From: Eledone cirrhosa
Taxonomy: Eukaryota
NCBI GenBank assembly: GCA_964016885.1
Contig: CAXHJY010000547.1
Coordinates: forward strand, 62,001-126,000
DNA length: 64,000 nucleotides
Direction: 5' to 3'
The notes below the pieces were generated by a model, which made no database searches, was not told where the DNA came from, and saw only the letters and a list, made by a program, of their open reading frames with translations. Positions 27,478-41,275 of the stretch are shown piece after piece; position 1 is the stretch's first letter, and each line of letters begins with the position of its first letter. The position numbers and the translations under genes were made by a program.

Positions 27478-27887
27478 TAAGGAAACATGTAGTAAATTGT
27501 TATTTCTTGGTAGATAGTGACGCACACACTCTCTCTCTTATACACACAGACACACACACATACACTCTCTCTCTCTCTTACACGCACACACTCTCTCTCT
27601 CTCTCTTACATACACACACAAACACTCTCTCTCTCATCCACACACACTCTCACATACACACATACTCTACCCCTCCTCAGACACACACTTTCTCTCTCTT
27701 AAACACACACACAAGCACTCTCTCTCACCCACACACACTCACACACATACTGACCCCTCTCAGCTTTCCATTATATTCTCTTCAACATTAAATCCATCTC
27801 TCAATAGCTTAAACTGTATTTAGTGACCGGAAGCTAATCTGATGTGGAGAAAGTATTCCAGTGGATTTAAACCTCCTTCTCTTGACC

Positions 27888-28408
27888 TACCACTGAGTTG
27901 GTATCACTGCAGTAACATACCACTGAGCTTGTATCACTGCTGTAACATACCACTGAGCTTGTATCACTGCTGTAACATACCACTGGGCTGGTATCACTGC
28001 TGTAACATACCACTGAACTGGTATCACCACTGTAACATACCACTGAGCTGGTATCACCACTGTAACATACCACTGAGCTGGTATCACCACATACCACTGA
28101 GCTGGTATCACCACTGTACCATACCACTGAGCTGGTATCACCATTGTAACATACCACTGAGCTGGTATCACCACATACCACTGAGCTGGTATCACCACAT
28201 ACCACTGAGCTGGTATCACCACATACCACTGAGCTGGTATCACCACTGTAACATACCACTGAGCTGGTATCACCACTGTACTACTGAGCTGGTATCACCA
28301 CATACCACTGAGCTGGTATCACCACTGTACCACTGAGCTGGTATCACCACTGTACCACTGTGCTGGTATCACCACTGTACCACTGTGCTGGTATCACCAC
28401 TGTAACAT
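27888..28408. repeat. 30/24-bp minisatellite
   Basis: cataccactgagctggtatcaccactgtaa variants. Confidence 0.95.
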
Positions 28409-29423
28409 AGGAGTCATTGTTAATGGGATTTATTCCCAAGTTTTACAAAATACATAAAAGAAGCATAACACTTGGGTGTGTTGGAAGTGGTTTGTAAATG
28501 TTGTTTACTATCTGGGAATCACTGCTAATGCAATATTTTATGCACTGTCTTCAGCAGAGGCAAAAATAGTTATGTAAACTGACATTATGAGGAATTTAAA
28601 TTGTGATTCACTCATGCAGTAACTTGGCATTTGGTTTAAATGACTGCAAGGATTGTTTAATGATGGTTGCTACCAAGTAGTAGAAGAATGGAACTATCTT
28701 TTATTCTAAAACCTATTGGCATTTTCTGCATGTTAAACCAGACAATGAAGACCACATTATCTGTAGAAGCCAGTGGTAGGAGTCTTTACCTGCTAGAAAT
28801 AGCAGTACAAATCCTCATTAAATCATACTCTACTGTCTTAAAAATTACAGGAGACATTGTATAATGCAGTCATAGGCAGTAGCTAATGTACTATAAATCC
28901 AATGGAAGTTGAATGTTTTTGCTACCACAGTGCCTGAAACTATCTCTGGATCTGATACAAACTTGTTTCTTTGAAAGTGTTTATATGTATTTTTTTTAAT
29001 CTACCCATCATCATTTATGTAAATACCTTTGTTACATTCCAAATACTATCTTAATGATAAGGTTATATTGAACATCATAGGTAGAGAGGCCACCTTTGGT
29101 CATGACTGATCATAGGTTGGTACTTGGAAAGTTCCTATCCAAATCACAACCCTGATCAAGGTGTTTATGTGGAAAGACCATCAGTCACCCATGCATGCCA
29201 GTCCCTCCTTTCCATATCACCAATGATGTCCAAGAAAAAGAGCTTGGTTTCAAACTGATCACAACTCATCTAAAGTCCTGGGCCTTTTCACTCGTTGGAG
29301 GAACTCCTCCCTGGTTGACCTCCACCACTTCTTATCTCTGGTCATATTGGACCATGTGGGGTGAGGTATTGATTCAGATAATCACACAATCTTGCCTTTA
29401 GCTGCCCTCTGGTTCTTCTACAC

Positions 29424-30968
29424 TCCACTCTGTCACTCCAATAGTCCAGCTGTTGTCTCTGAGATGAGAGGTGGTCAACCCTGATGTCCACTTGGTCACT
29501 CCAATAGTCCAGCTGTTGTCTCTGAAATGAGGTGGTCAACTCTGATGTCCCCTTGGTCACTCCAATAGTCCAGCTGTTGTCTCTGAGATGAGAGGTGGTC
29601 AACCCTGATGTCCACTTGGTCACTCCAATAGTCCAGCTGTTGTCTGAGATGAGATAGGTGGTCAACCCTGATGTCCCCTTGGTCACTCCAATAGTCCAGC
29701 TGTTGTCTCTGAAATGAGGTGGTCAACTCTGATGTCCCCTTGGTCACTCCAATAGTCCAGCTGTTGTCTCTGAGATGAGAGGTGGTCAACCCTGATGTCC
29801 ACTTGGTCACTCCAATAGTCCAGCTGTTGTCTCTGAGATGAGAGAGGTGGTCAACCCTGATGTCCACTCTGTCACTCCAATAGTCCAGCTGTTGTCTCTG
29901 AGATGAGAGGTGGTCAACCCTGATGTCCACTTGGTCACTCCAATAGTCCAGCTGTTGTCTCTAGATGAGAGAGGTGGTCAACCCTGATGTCCACTTGGTC
30001 ACTCCAATAGTCCAGCTGTTGTCTCTGAGATGAGAGAGGTGGTCAACCCTGATGTCCACTTGGTCACTCCAATAGTCCAGCTGTTGTCTCTGAGATGAGA
30101 GAGGTGGTCAACCCTGATGTCCACTCTGTCACTCCAATAGTCCAGCTGTTGTCTCTGAGATGAGAGGTGGTCAACCCTGATGTCCACTTGGTCACTCCAA
30201 TAGTCCAGCTGTTGTCTCTAGATGAGAGAGGTGGTCAACCCTGATGTCCACTTGGTCACTCCAATAGTCCAGCTGTTGTCTCTGAGATGAGAGAGGTGGT
30301 CAACCCTGATGTCCACTTGGTCACTCCAATAGTCCAGCTGTTGTCTCTGAGATGAGAGGTGGTCAACCCTGATGTCCACTTGGTCACTCCAATAGTCCAG
30401 CTGTTGTCTCTGAGATGAGAGGTGGTCAACCCTTATGTCCACTCTGTCACTCCAATAGTCCAGCTGTTGTCTCTGAGATGAGAGAGGTGGTCAACCCTTA
30501 TGTCCACTTGGTCACTCCAATAGTCCAGCTGTTGTCTCTGAGATGAGAGGTGGTCAACCCTTATGTCCACTCTGTCACTCCAATAGTCCAGCTGTTGTCT
30601 CTGAGATGAGAGAGGTGGTCAACCCTGATGTCCACTCTCACTCCAATAGTCCAGCTGTTGTCTCTGAGATGAGAGGTGGTCAACCCTGATGTCCCCTTGG
30701 TTACGCCAATAGTCCAGCTGTTGTCTCTGAGATGAAATAGGTGGTCAACCCTGATGTCCACTCTGTCACTCCAATAGTCCAGCTGTTGTCTCTGAGATGA
30801 GAGAGGTGGTCAACCCTGATGTCCACTCTGTCACTCCAATAGTCCAGCTGTTGTCTGAGATGAGAGAGGTGGTCAACCCTGATGTCCACTCTGTCACTCC
30901 AATAGTCCAGCTGTTGTCTGAGATGAGAGAGGTGGTCAACCCTGATGTCCACTCTGTCACTCCAATAG
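29424..30968. repeat. ~63-bp minisatellite, about 24 copies
   Basis: gtcactccaatagtccagctgttgtctctgagatgagaggtggtcaaccctgatgtccacttg. Confidence 0.97.
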
Positions 30969-31654
30969 ACCAGGGATGTGGCCAGTGTTGGTACCATTCA
31001 CATATTTATATACACCACATGTTGTCCAAGGCAATGGTCAATACAGCCAGTCCACCACATGTTTCCCCCACTGAGCAGATTGAAGCAATGTGAAATAACA
31101 CACTAACCACTAAACTTTGCTCCACCACCACCACCAGGCAGTGTATTTCATTTAAAATATGTCAAGAAAAGGGTTAAAGAATGTTTTTAATCAATAATTG
31201 TTTCTACTTTTGGCACAAGGCCAGCAAATACCCAGTACATTACTGGTACTTTATTTTATCGACCCCGTAAGGATGAAAGGCAAAGTTAACCTCAGCGGAA
31301 TTTGAACTCAAACCGTAAAGGGACGTAACTATGCTAGAAAGCATGGCGTCCAACACTCTACCGATACTGCCAATTCACCAGAATTACATCTTTACCAGAA
31401 AATACTTTACAGACATTTTCAACCATTTTCTAACTGAAGTAAACTCTACTTAATATATACTGGCCTTTACAGAGAACTACTGGTAAGTGCCTATACTGTA
31501 AGCTAGCTTATATCAGCTAAAACTGGATAAATTGGAGGCTAACTGGTGGTGTGGTTGGTCTCCACAGTTTTATTGATTCAACACTACTTTCTAGTGGTGG
31601 TGGTTGGGGGTGTGTTGATGATTAAGATTAGCTTGTTTACATATACTTGTTCTA

Positions 31655-32730
31655 ATACACACTCTCACTTGCTCTCACACACACACACTCACTTGCTTTC
31701 ACACATACACTCCCATTTGCTCTCACACATACACACACTCTCTCCCTCTCTCACACACACACACTCTCACTTGCTTTCACACTCACACATACATATTCTC
31801 ATTTGCTCTCACACATACACTAACTTTGACTTGCTTTCACACATACACACTCTTACTTGCTTTCACATACACACACTTTCACTTGCTTTCACACATACAC
31901 TCCCACTTGCTTTCACACACACACTCTCACACACATGCTCCCACTTGCTTTCACACACACACACACACACACACTCCCACATACACTAACTTTAACTTGC
32001 TCTCACAAACCCACTCACTCTCATATACACACACTTACACACAAAACTCACTCCCCCTCTCTCTCACACACTCCTCCTCTCACACACCCCCTCTCGCTCT
32101 CACACTCCCCCTCTCTCTCTCTCTCTCACACTCCCCTTCTCTCTCTCTCACTCCCCCCCTCTCTCTCTCTCACTCCCCCCTCTCTCTCTCACTCCCCCTC
32201 TATCAAACACACTCCCCCTCTCTCTCACACTCCCCCTCTCAAGAGTTAAGCTGATGTTTGGAACATAATGTGAAAGATTTTTACATAAAATTATGGAAGG
32301 TTTTAAGATAAATATAAATACTTTATATAACAGTATTGTATCACACTCTCACTCTCATATTCTCTCACTCACATACTCTCTCTCGTTCACCCCCCCCCCC
32401 CTTCCCCCTCGTTCTCTCTCTCTCACACACACTCTTCCCCCTCTTTCTCTCACACACTCTTCCCTCTCTCTCTCACACACACTTTCCTCTCTCACTCACA
32501 CACTCTCCCCTCTCTCTCCCTCACTCACACTTTCACTCACTCACTCACTCACTCACTCACACTCACTCACACACTCTCTCTCATACACTCTCCTCTCTCT
32601 CTCACTCACACTCCCCCTCTCTCACTCACACTCCCCCCTCTCTCACTCACACTCTCTCACTCACACTCTCCCCCCTCTCTCTCACACTCTCCCCCCTCTC
32701 TCTCACTCATACACACCACTCTCACTCTGA
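31655..32730. repeat. CA/CT-rich low-complexity tracts
   Basis: Two blocks, each followed by gagttaagctg.tgtttg.aacataa. Confidence 0.9.
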
Positions 32731-33515
32731 TATCAAACGAGTTAAGCTGGTGTTTGAAACATAAACACTTAAACAATATTGTATCAGTATTATAGAAGTA
32801 GGTTTTAGGTAGTTTTCTATCAAAAGGGTTACAAAAGACCCTTACATAAAATTGTGATGGAATATTTTTAGATAAGTATATAAACAGTTTTAAAGAAACA
32901 GTTGTGTATTATAAGTTGGTATCAACAGGGTTAAAGTTATCTAGTGTGACCTGTAGCACTGAATACACTGAAATATATTCTATATATTTTCCCTTCGTCA
33001 GAGAATCTAGTGAGATTTTTACTGTGAATATATTTCAATATTTCCTTTTAAGATGTCTTCTCTTTCTCAAAAACAAGCAATTTCACATCTATTTTTTCTC
33101 CCTCTTCCCGTTCACTCCCATTGTGTGTGTGTGTGTGTGCGCGCGCGCCCCGAAACGTTGAACCCTCCACTTTCTCCAAGCATGAACCTAATATAACTGT
33201 ATTTTTTGCATCCCTGTGTTTTTGTTTTGTTTCATTTACACACTCACACATAAACGTGTGTGTATATATATATATATAAATTTTAGTACAGCATTGACGA
33301 AGCTTTAGAATATGGCCAAACTAGCGTATATGCATAATCGGTCTATAGCTTGAGCACTCAGATGAGGAAAGACCCCAGAGTAATAACATTACGTTCAGAC
33401 AGCTTAGCAAATCAGATATAACGGTCGGCAGTCCAACCGCATCACTAGAGCAACGAAAATACAGGACCCAGGAAGAAATATATATATATGACTCCAGTCC
33501 TGTTTATTTTCTACA

Positions 33516-33720
33516 TTAATTAGAAAGTGAACAACACAAAATATAACTATTCCATTACCAAATGTTTCTGGATCACAGACGATAATAACATGTCTGTGAT
33601 CCAGAAACCTTTGGTAATGGAGTAGTTATATTTTGTGTTGTTCACTTTCTAATTAAATAGCTCTGTTCTATACATAGAGCACTCTTTTTTCCTTTGCTTT
33701 TCCTTCGGAATTACCTAACA
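33516..33720 (+). mobile_element. Fold-back element (palindrome 33516-33656) with HHR 3' half
   Basis: 65-bp arms, 11-nt loop. GAAA-cctttgg-TA follows the central hairpin; tail shared with the 24241 element. Confidence 0.7.
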
Positions 33721-33989
33721 TATATATACATTATGAAGAAAGACGGTTTTATGTATACATCGTTAAGGTACCCACGACGTGGAGTGCTTACGTCTGTTTA
33801 CACTACAATCGGTCGATTGATCAACCAACGTTTCTCTACTTGGAAAAGATTGTTGTTATGAGTAATTAACGTTTGTAATAAACAAACTTTTATTGTGACC
33901 TTTAAAGAAATAGAGAGAAATGGACGTCTGAACGAGTATCCTCCACCGTTGGGTCATTATCGACAGGATGGAGAATACATTGCTTTGGA

Positions 33990-35627
33990 GGATAGTGAGG
34001 TAGACACACTAGAACAGTCACTCTACCTGGTGGACAGTGAGGTAGACACACTAGAACAGTCACTCTACCTGGTGGACAGTGAGGTAGACACACTGGAATA
34101 GTCACTCTACCGGGTGGACAGTGAGGTAGACACACTAGAACAGTCACTCTACCTGGTGGACAGTGAGGTAGACACACTAGAACAGTCACTCTACCTGGTG
34201 GACAGTGAGGTAGACACACTAGAACAGTCACTCTACCTGGTGGACAGTGAGGTAGACACACTGGAATAGTCACTCTACCGGGTGGACAGTGAGGTAGACA
34301 CACTAGAACAGTCACTCTACCTGGTGGACAGTGAGGTAGACACACTAGAACAGTCACTCTACCTGGTGGACAGTGAGGTAGACACACTAGAACAGTCACT
34401 CTACCTGGTGGACAGTGAGGTAGACACACTGGAATAGTCACTCTACCGGGTGGACAGTGAGGTAGACACACTAGAACAGTCACTCTACCTGGTGGACAGT
34501 GAGGTAGACACACTAGAACAGTCACTCTACCTGGTGGACAGTGAGGTAGACACACTGGAATAGTCACTCTACCTGGTGGACAGTGAGGTAGACACACTGG
34601 AATAGTCACTCTACCTGGTGGACAGTGAGGTAGACACACTGGAACAGTCACTCTACCTGGTGGACAGTGAGGTAGACACACTAGAACAGTCACTCTACCT
34701 GGTGGACAGTGAGGTAGACACACTGGAATAGTCACTCTACCTGGTGGACAGTGAGGTAGACACACTAGAACAGTCACTCTACCTGGTGGACAGTGAGGTA
34801 GACACACTAGAACAGTCACTCTACCTGGTGGACAGTGAGGTAGACACACTGGAATAGTCACTCTACCTGGTGGACAGTGAGGTAGACACACTAGAACAGT
34901 CACTCTACCTGGTGGACAGTGAGGTAGACACACTAGAACAGTCACTCTACCTGGTGGACAGTGAGGTAGACACACTGGAATAGTCACTCTACCTGGTGGA
35001 CAGTGAGGTAGACACACTGGAATAGTCACTCTACCTGGTGGACAGTGAGGTAGACACACTGGAACAGTCACTCTACCTGGTGGACAGTGAGGTAGACACA
35101 CTAGAACAGTCACTCTACCTGGTGGACAGTGAGGTAGACACACTGGAATAGTCACTCTACCTGGTGGACAGTGAGGTAGACACACTAGAACAGTCACTCT
35201 ACCTGGTGGACAGTGAGGTAGACACACTAGAACAGTCACTCTACCTGGTGGACAGTGAGGTAGACACACTGGAATAGTCACTCTACCTGGTGGACAGTGA
35301 GGTAGACACACTGGAACAGTCATTCTACCTGGTGGACAGTGAGGTAGACACACTGGAACAGTCACTCCACCTAGTGGACAGTGAGGTAGACACACTGGAA
35401 CAGTCACTCTACCTGGTGGACAGTGAGGTAGACACACTAGAACAGTCACTCTACCTGGTGGACAGTGAGGTAGACACACGGGAATAGTCACTCTACCGGG
35501 TGGACAGTGAGGTAGACACACTAGAACAGTCACTCTACTTGGTGGACAGTGAGGTAGACACACTGGAACAGTCACTCCACCTAGTGGACAGTGAGGTAGA
35601 CACACTGGAACAGTCGCTCCACCTGGT
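33990..35627. repeat. 42-bp minisatellite, about 39 copies
   Basis: gacagtgaggtagacacactagaacagtcactctacctggtg. Length-invariant units. Confidence 0.98.
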
Positions 35628-36499
35628 GGGGTTAGCACCTGTTGGCGGCCAGGATGTTGTTATTGTAGGTGTTTAGTCTCGTGTAACTCCAGATGAAGTG
35701 CGAGAATGGGACCTCTGTCATTTCTAATATTTAGTGTGACATCTGGTGTGACACTGAGTGTGACATCTGGTGCGGCATCTGATGTGACACTGAGTGTGAC
35801 ATCTGGTGCAGCATCTGATGTGACACTGAGTGTGGCGTCTGGTGTGACAGCTGGTATGACACTGTGTGACAAGATTGGCCATTTGAGTTACAAGTACAAC
35901 TAATTTCCCCCGAATTGATTGAAACAACGTTAAATAAAATGTCTTGCTTAAGGACACGACCTCTGAATCTAGTCCCCTTACCAGCATCTTCACTTTTGTG
36001 GTTTACATAAGACCTTGTATCTTTGTAGCACACACACACACGCACACACATATATATATATGCATATACACATACATGCATATACATATCTAAGGTCCCC
36101 TTCGGTCACTAATGACCATGGTTTTGCACCTAGAAAGTTTCCCTCTGTGGCACAAGTCCAGGAAAGGTGTGTGTGTGTGGAAGACCAGCAGTCACCCATG
36201 CATACTAGTCTCCCCTCTCCCCACCACTGATGTTGTCCAAGGGAAACCACTGACCGATACAGCTTGGCACCTGTGACTACAGCTGAGTAAACTGGAGCTA
36301 CGTAAAATAAAGTGTCTTGCCCAAGTATACAGCGGACCGCCCGGCCCGAGAGTCGAATTCACAACCTGTCAACCATGAAGCCATGCGCTTTCACACACAC
36401 ACACGCACACGCACACGCACACACACACTATATATATGTGTCTAACCCATGCCAGTGTGGGAAATGGACGTAAAACGGCTATTATATATATATATATTT

Positions 36500-39260
36500 A
36501 AAGGTTAAACAAGGTTCAATGAATAAATCAAAGAATTAGTTTTACAATAGATTGGAAGCACTCAACGAGATTGGTTTTCCGGAGTTATTAATATTAATTC
36601 AAAATATTAACAAAAATAGAACTTCTTGTGATCAAGTATATTTTATTATACATATTTCAGAGGTACTGAGCTAACTTCAACAGTGCGTCCTCATCAGATT
36701 AAATAAGATGATGCATGACACACCCTGACATAGTAGATGGTTAAGATCCAGTCATGGTAGTGAGTAAGATATGATAAAACTCAATATTTATATACCTTAA
36801 GATTGAGACATGAAAAAACTTACATATAATACAGAGGGTGCGTGTGAGAAAGCTTAAAAATACATAACAGTAATTTACATAACTGTTAGAGATTCAAATA
36901 ATTATTGAAGAAAGAGGAAAGAAAAAAAGAAAGACAGAGAGAAAACAGATGAGGGGAAAATATAGCTAGTAGAGGTATAGAGAGCAAAAGAGAATTGATC
37001 AAGGAAAGAGACAAAGAGGAATAAATTATAGGGAGCGTTGAATTATTTATATCCATAGATAACTATACATTTGGGCTTAGCTATGCAATAGAGTAAACTC
37101 AAATCTTTGAATTATTGAATTATCTAGAAGTATTCATCAATCTAAATCCTAAATACAACTGGGTGTAATTAATAAAGGTTTCCTTAGTTAATTAGTTATA
37201 TATACTATCCAAACATATCCGGTTAACCGTTAACTTTCAAATCATTTAAGTTAGTTCAGAGTAATGAATTAATCAAAGTGTATAATATTTCAGGCTATAA
37301 AAGTTTATAAATATCTATATTAATATTAAAGTATACTATCATATTTAATTTATAAAATCATATTTTATAAATTCATATTTAAACTATTTGCAAAACATGA
37401 GAAAGAATACATTATACTTAAAAGTTTATTATTAAATTAGATATATGCATTTGTCTAAATATATGCCTAAAGATTAAGATGATACCTATCAGTTATATAT
37501 AACATAGTATAATACAATAAATAAGTTACTGATAATATTGTTAAAAATTAAGGTTTTAGATTAATTATTATAATAAGGTCATGTAACACATATACTATAA
37601 ATATATAAGTCAAACTTCGTGAATCATACGGATAAGAATCTGATTCAAAGTGAAAAAGTGAATTGTCTGCGATCTTAATTTTTTTATAAATTTATATAGT
37701 AGTATAATGTGTCTGCAAACATGAGAAAGAGAAAGCCTAAGGATTTCATTGACCCGAAGGTAACCCAAATTTAATTAAATTAAATAAAATAATAATCGTT
37801 ATATAACTTAGAAAATATTTAACGATTATAACACTAGAAAGTATTTAAAGTACTTATAAATGTAATTAGAAACATGTTATTATACTAGATATACAGATTT
37901 GTTCAAATATAAATAGAGTATTCCAGATATTAGTGATCGATATACATATAATAAATAATTAGTACAATCATTGTCAGTAATGTTATAATTGAAGTTTTAC
38001 ATCAAGTTAAGTGGAAAAAAGTTTGTCGACTAGTATGGAGTGTGATGAATATACCGTAAATATATATAAATAAAAAATATATAAATCAAACTTCCTGAAT
38101 GATTTACGGTACATTATAACTGTTAAGCATATAAGCCATATAATTAAAAATATACAATAATTGTTTCTACTTTAGGCACAAGGCCAGCAATTACCCAGTG
38201 CATTACTGGTACTTTATTTTATCGCCTCGGCGGGATTTGAACTCAGATCATAAAGGGACGTAACTATGCTGGAAAGCATGGCGTCCGACCCTCTACCGAT
38301 ACTGCCAATCCACCATATACAATAATCCCAGTCAAAATTAAATATATCTTAACAATCAAAAGATATGCACATTCCTCAAAAGATCATGTTATCAAATAAT
38401 GTGTTTATATACCTATACAGGACCCTTTAATCTAACATAAAAGAATAAAAGATAAAAAAATTATTAAAGTTTTATAATCTGTTAACAACGTTTTAAGTAC
38501 ACAGTTGATAAGAGACGTCAAAAGTTAGAACCTGTTTATTTAGTGTTTTTTCCTGACTTTTTGCGAGGCTTGGAATGTAGACAAAGCTTTATGAAGGCAG
38601 TTTGAGAATAATTCACTTTTTTTGTTAATTAAATTTTCATAATTAGTAATTATTAAAAGGGTCTCCATGGTACAGAGGTTGCAGTTAGGTGATATTGAAG
38701 AATTCAAATAAATTCTACTATTACATAGCCCAAGAAATCGAGTATTTTAAGTTTTTGTCTTTTAATGACCATATAAGTTGTGATAAAGAAGTCGAAGATT
38801 TCCTATTAGGATTCGAAAAAGAGCATTTGTGATTCGCAAATCTTGATTTAAATGTCGAAGAAGTTGCACCTATATAGTTGTATGTGATATTATTTGCTTT
38901 TACGGTGCATTTATATACCAGATTGCTATCCAGACAGTTATTTTGCAGAGCGCCATCTGGTCTATTTCTACAATTACATTTCGATTTATTGTTATTACTA
39001 TAAGTTGTAAAATAAAGTACCAGTAATGTACTGGTTAATTGCTGGCCTTGTGCCTAAAGTAGAAACAATTATTAGTACTCCGAAAAGTTCTATTGATAGT
39101 AATGTTATTGTTATTTCTAGTATTAATATTGCTAGTGTTATATTCATTATCGTTAAATGTATGTTGATTTAGAATTCTGCTATTTATTTTAGCGATGTTC
39201 TGGGCCATATTCATAGTTAATGTGCTTGTATGTGTGTATGTGTTCTATTATTGGATTTTC
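36500..39260 (-). mobile_element. Decayed Penelope-like retroelement (3' part: linker, GIY-YIG endonuclease, long 3' region, HHR terminal repeat)
   Basis: Minus strand at 39000-38550 reads KCNCRN..NCLDSNLVYKCTVK..YIGATSSTFKSRFANHKCSF..STSLSQLIWSLK..W, then after a frameshift CNLCTME..LINKKSELFSNCLH. HHR on the same strand at 36641-36703. SINE insertions at 38156 and 39009. Confidence 0.85.
36641..36703 (-). ncRNA. Hammerhead ribozyme motif in PLE terminal region
   Basis: Reverse complement tttaat-CTGATGA-ggacgcactg..cagtacctct-GAAA-tatgta-TA-ataaaa. Confidence 0.7.
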
Positions 39261-39514
39261 AGAAAATAATCCTCAAATATTGAGTCATTATCCTCTTAAG
39301 TTTAACTGTTTGTGATTATGTGATGTAGAGGAATAACGTTTATTTATAGATTAATTTTGGTGGATTTAACCGGTTATTTATTCAACTTATTGTTTGCTAC
39401 GTTCCTCGCCATTTCTGACATAGAAACAGCCAGGACTTATATGTCTGGAAAACTGGCATGTGACGTAACTATTGCATATCATATATTTATTCTTTTACTT
39501 GTATAGGTCACTGT

Positions 39515-39745
39515 GAAGATGCGTAGCTTAGTGGTTAGGGTATTCGGCTTACAATCGTAAGGTGGTGAGTTCAATTATCGCCGGCACGTTGTGTCCTTCA
39601 GCAAGGCACTTTATTTCACGTTGCTGCAGTGTACTTGTAATTCGAAGGGCCAGCTTTGTTACATTCGTGTGACGCTGAATCTCTATGAGAATTACGTTAA
39701 GGGTACACGTGTCTGTGAAATGCTCAGTCACCTGATCATCTGGAA
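39515..39745 (+). mobile_element. tRNA-derived SINE (family 2, CORE-like tgtgtccttgagcaag.cact)
   Basis: A box tagcttagtgg and B box gagttcaatt. Relatives near 13775, 23055, 36090, 39915, 43980, 56570, 59220, 59760 and 61980. Confidence 0.75.
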
Positions 39746-40695
39746 CATACGTCGTCGTGACTCCCCCAGAGGTCATTAGATAACGGCCATGTTGGGACAC
39801 CACCATGGAGGGACTTTAGTCGATCATATTGACCTCAGTTCCATTTAAAAAATTCAAATCTGGTGTATTTCTTATCGAACCGTTACGTTACAGGATATAA
39901 CACACACACACACGGGCGCGCGTGGTTAAGGGTGTTGGACCTATGATCACAATTCGATTCCTTGGCTGGGTTGCGTGTTGTGTTCTTAAGCAAAACACTT
40001 CATTTCACGTTGCTCCAGTATACTCAGCTGAAAAAATATGACTACCAGCAATAGCTGGGGTGGTTTAACCTTATGATAGACATGCGTTCAATCCAGGAGG
40101 TAGTCTTGTACTCTCAGTTGCTTCACGCCACGATAAGTACTGGTCTGACGAGTCTTCTGGCTTGAGACTTTAGAGAGACCAGGCTATGGTAGAAGATATA
40201 AACACAGACACGAACGTAAACAAAGACGCACACACACACTCACGTTTGAACTGTGAGTTCCAAGTGCAGAAAAGAACTCCCAGTTGATCACTATAGTTAT
40301 TAGACATAACTAAATAAATTATTCTTAGAAACAGGAAACAGTGGCGAGAGTCGCCGCAGGTAATTGACCAAGTTTTCTCAACGATTATTTGTAGTAGTCA
40401 ACTCTTATTGCAGCTACACATTATCTTTATTGTACTGTTATTTACCTTCTTTCCGTTTACATATATTTCCAAGAGATGGTGACTGGAATAGACCTGTTTT
40501 TTCTCAATTAAGGTTTCCTTTTCGTTTCTGTCACTGCCCACCTCCTCTATCTTTCTATTTCTTCTTTAATTTCTCATTCTATTTTTTGACGAAGGACTAG
40601 TATCCGAAATGTTACGATTATTTTCCTACTATATCAAGCGTAAAACTAATTGTTTCTTCATTGTGTCGTTTGCTTTGTTATTTCTATTTGCCTTC

Positions 40696-40732
<37 letters not shown>

Positions 40733-41190
40733 ATGGACAAAGACTACGGGCGCGCTACAGATCGATTTTAAGCGCCAAAACACCTATGGTCTGTAGTAAA
40801 CAGCTGATGCAGGGATACTTTTCTTCTCTTGTTTACGTCCCGTTTACCTTCTAACACTTCGTTTTTCAGTAACCACACAGCCTAACTCTTCGTCTGTAAT
40901 TTTGTGTGTGTGTGTATATATATCTAAACTATAATAAAGGAAGGTCTGCGGGACTGCGTACGGTTTATTTATTTTTATACCGTTAGTAAAATAAGTTAGA
41001 TTACTTTGAATAAATAATTGTTTCTACTTTTAGGCACAAGGCCAGCAAATACCCAGTACATTACTGGTACTTTATTTTTTCGACCCCGTAAGGATGAAAG
41101 ACAAAGTTACATAATTTATCTACTAAATTTCGTAAACAAAAATAATTTCGGAAAAATAAATAATTTCAAATTGATTTCTTTTCAAAGTTG

Positions 41191-41275
41191 CACTTCCGGT
41201 ATATCGTTGGCACCACCACCACTTCAACTACCATATATATAGAAAGAGAGAGTGTGTGATGTCAACACTTCCGGT
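41191..41275. promoter_or_regulatory. Paired ETS-type motifs (CACTTCCGGT x2)
   Basis: Identical 10-mers at 41191-41200 and 41266-41275 in otherwise CpG-poor DNA. Confidence 0.3.

Larger units (their letters stand above)
5852..35723 (-). pseudogene. Possible decayed multi-exon gene, product unknown
   Basis: Candidate AG..GT exons: 35723-33900, 27886-27755, 25208-25137, 18570-~18300, 12392-12024, 11952-11765 and terminal 5963-5852. Phases are compatible where both ends are defined, with isolated TAA/TGA stops. Strong donors gtaaga (12023) and gtaagg (11764). No family recognised. Confidence 0.35.

Noticed and set aside
29424-30968. CRISPR-like regular repeats (also 7148, 33990, 44238)
   Set aside because: Head-to-tail units without unique spacers, no cas genes, eukaryotic context.
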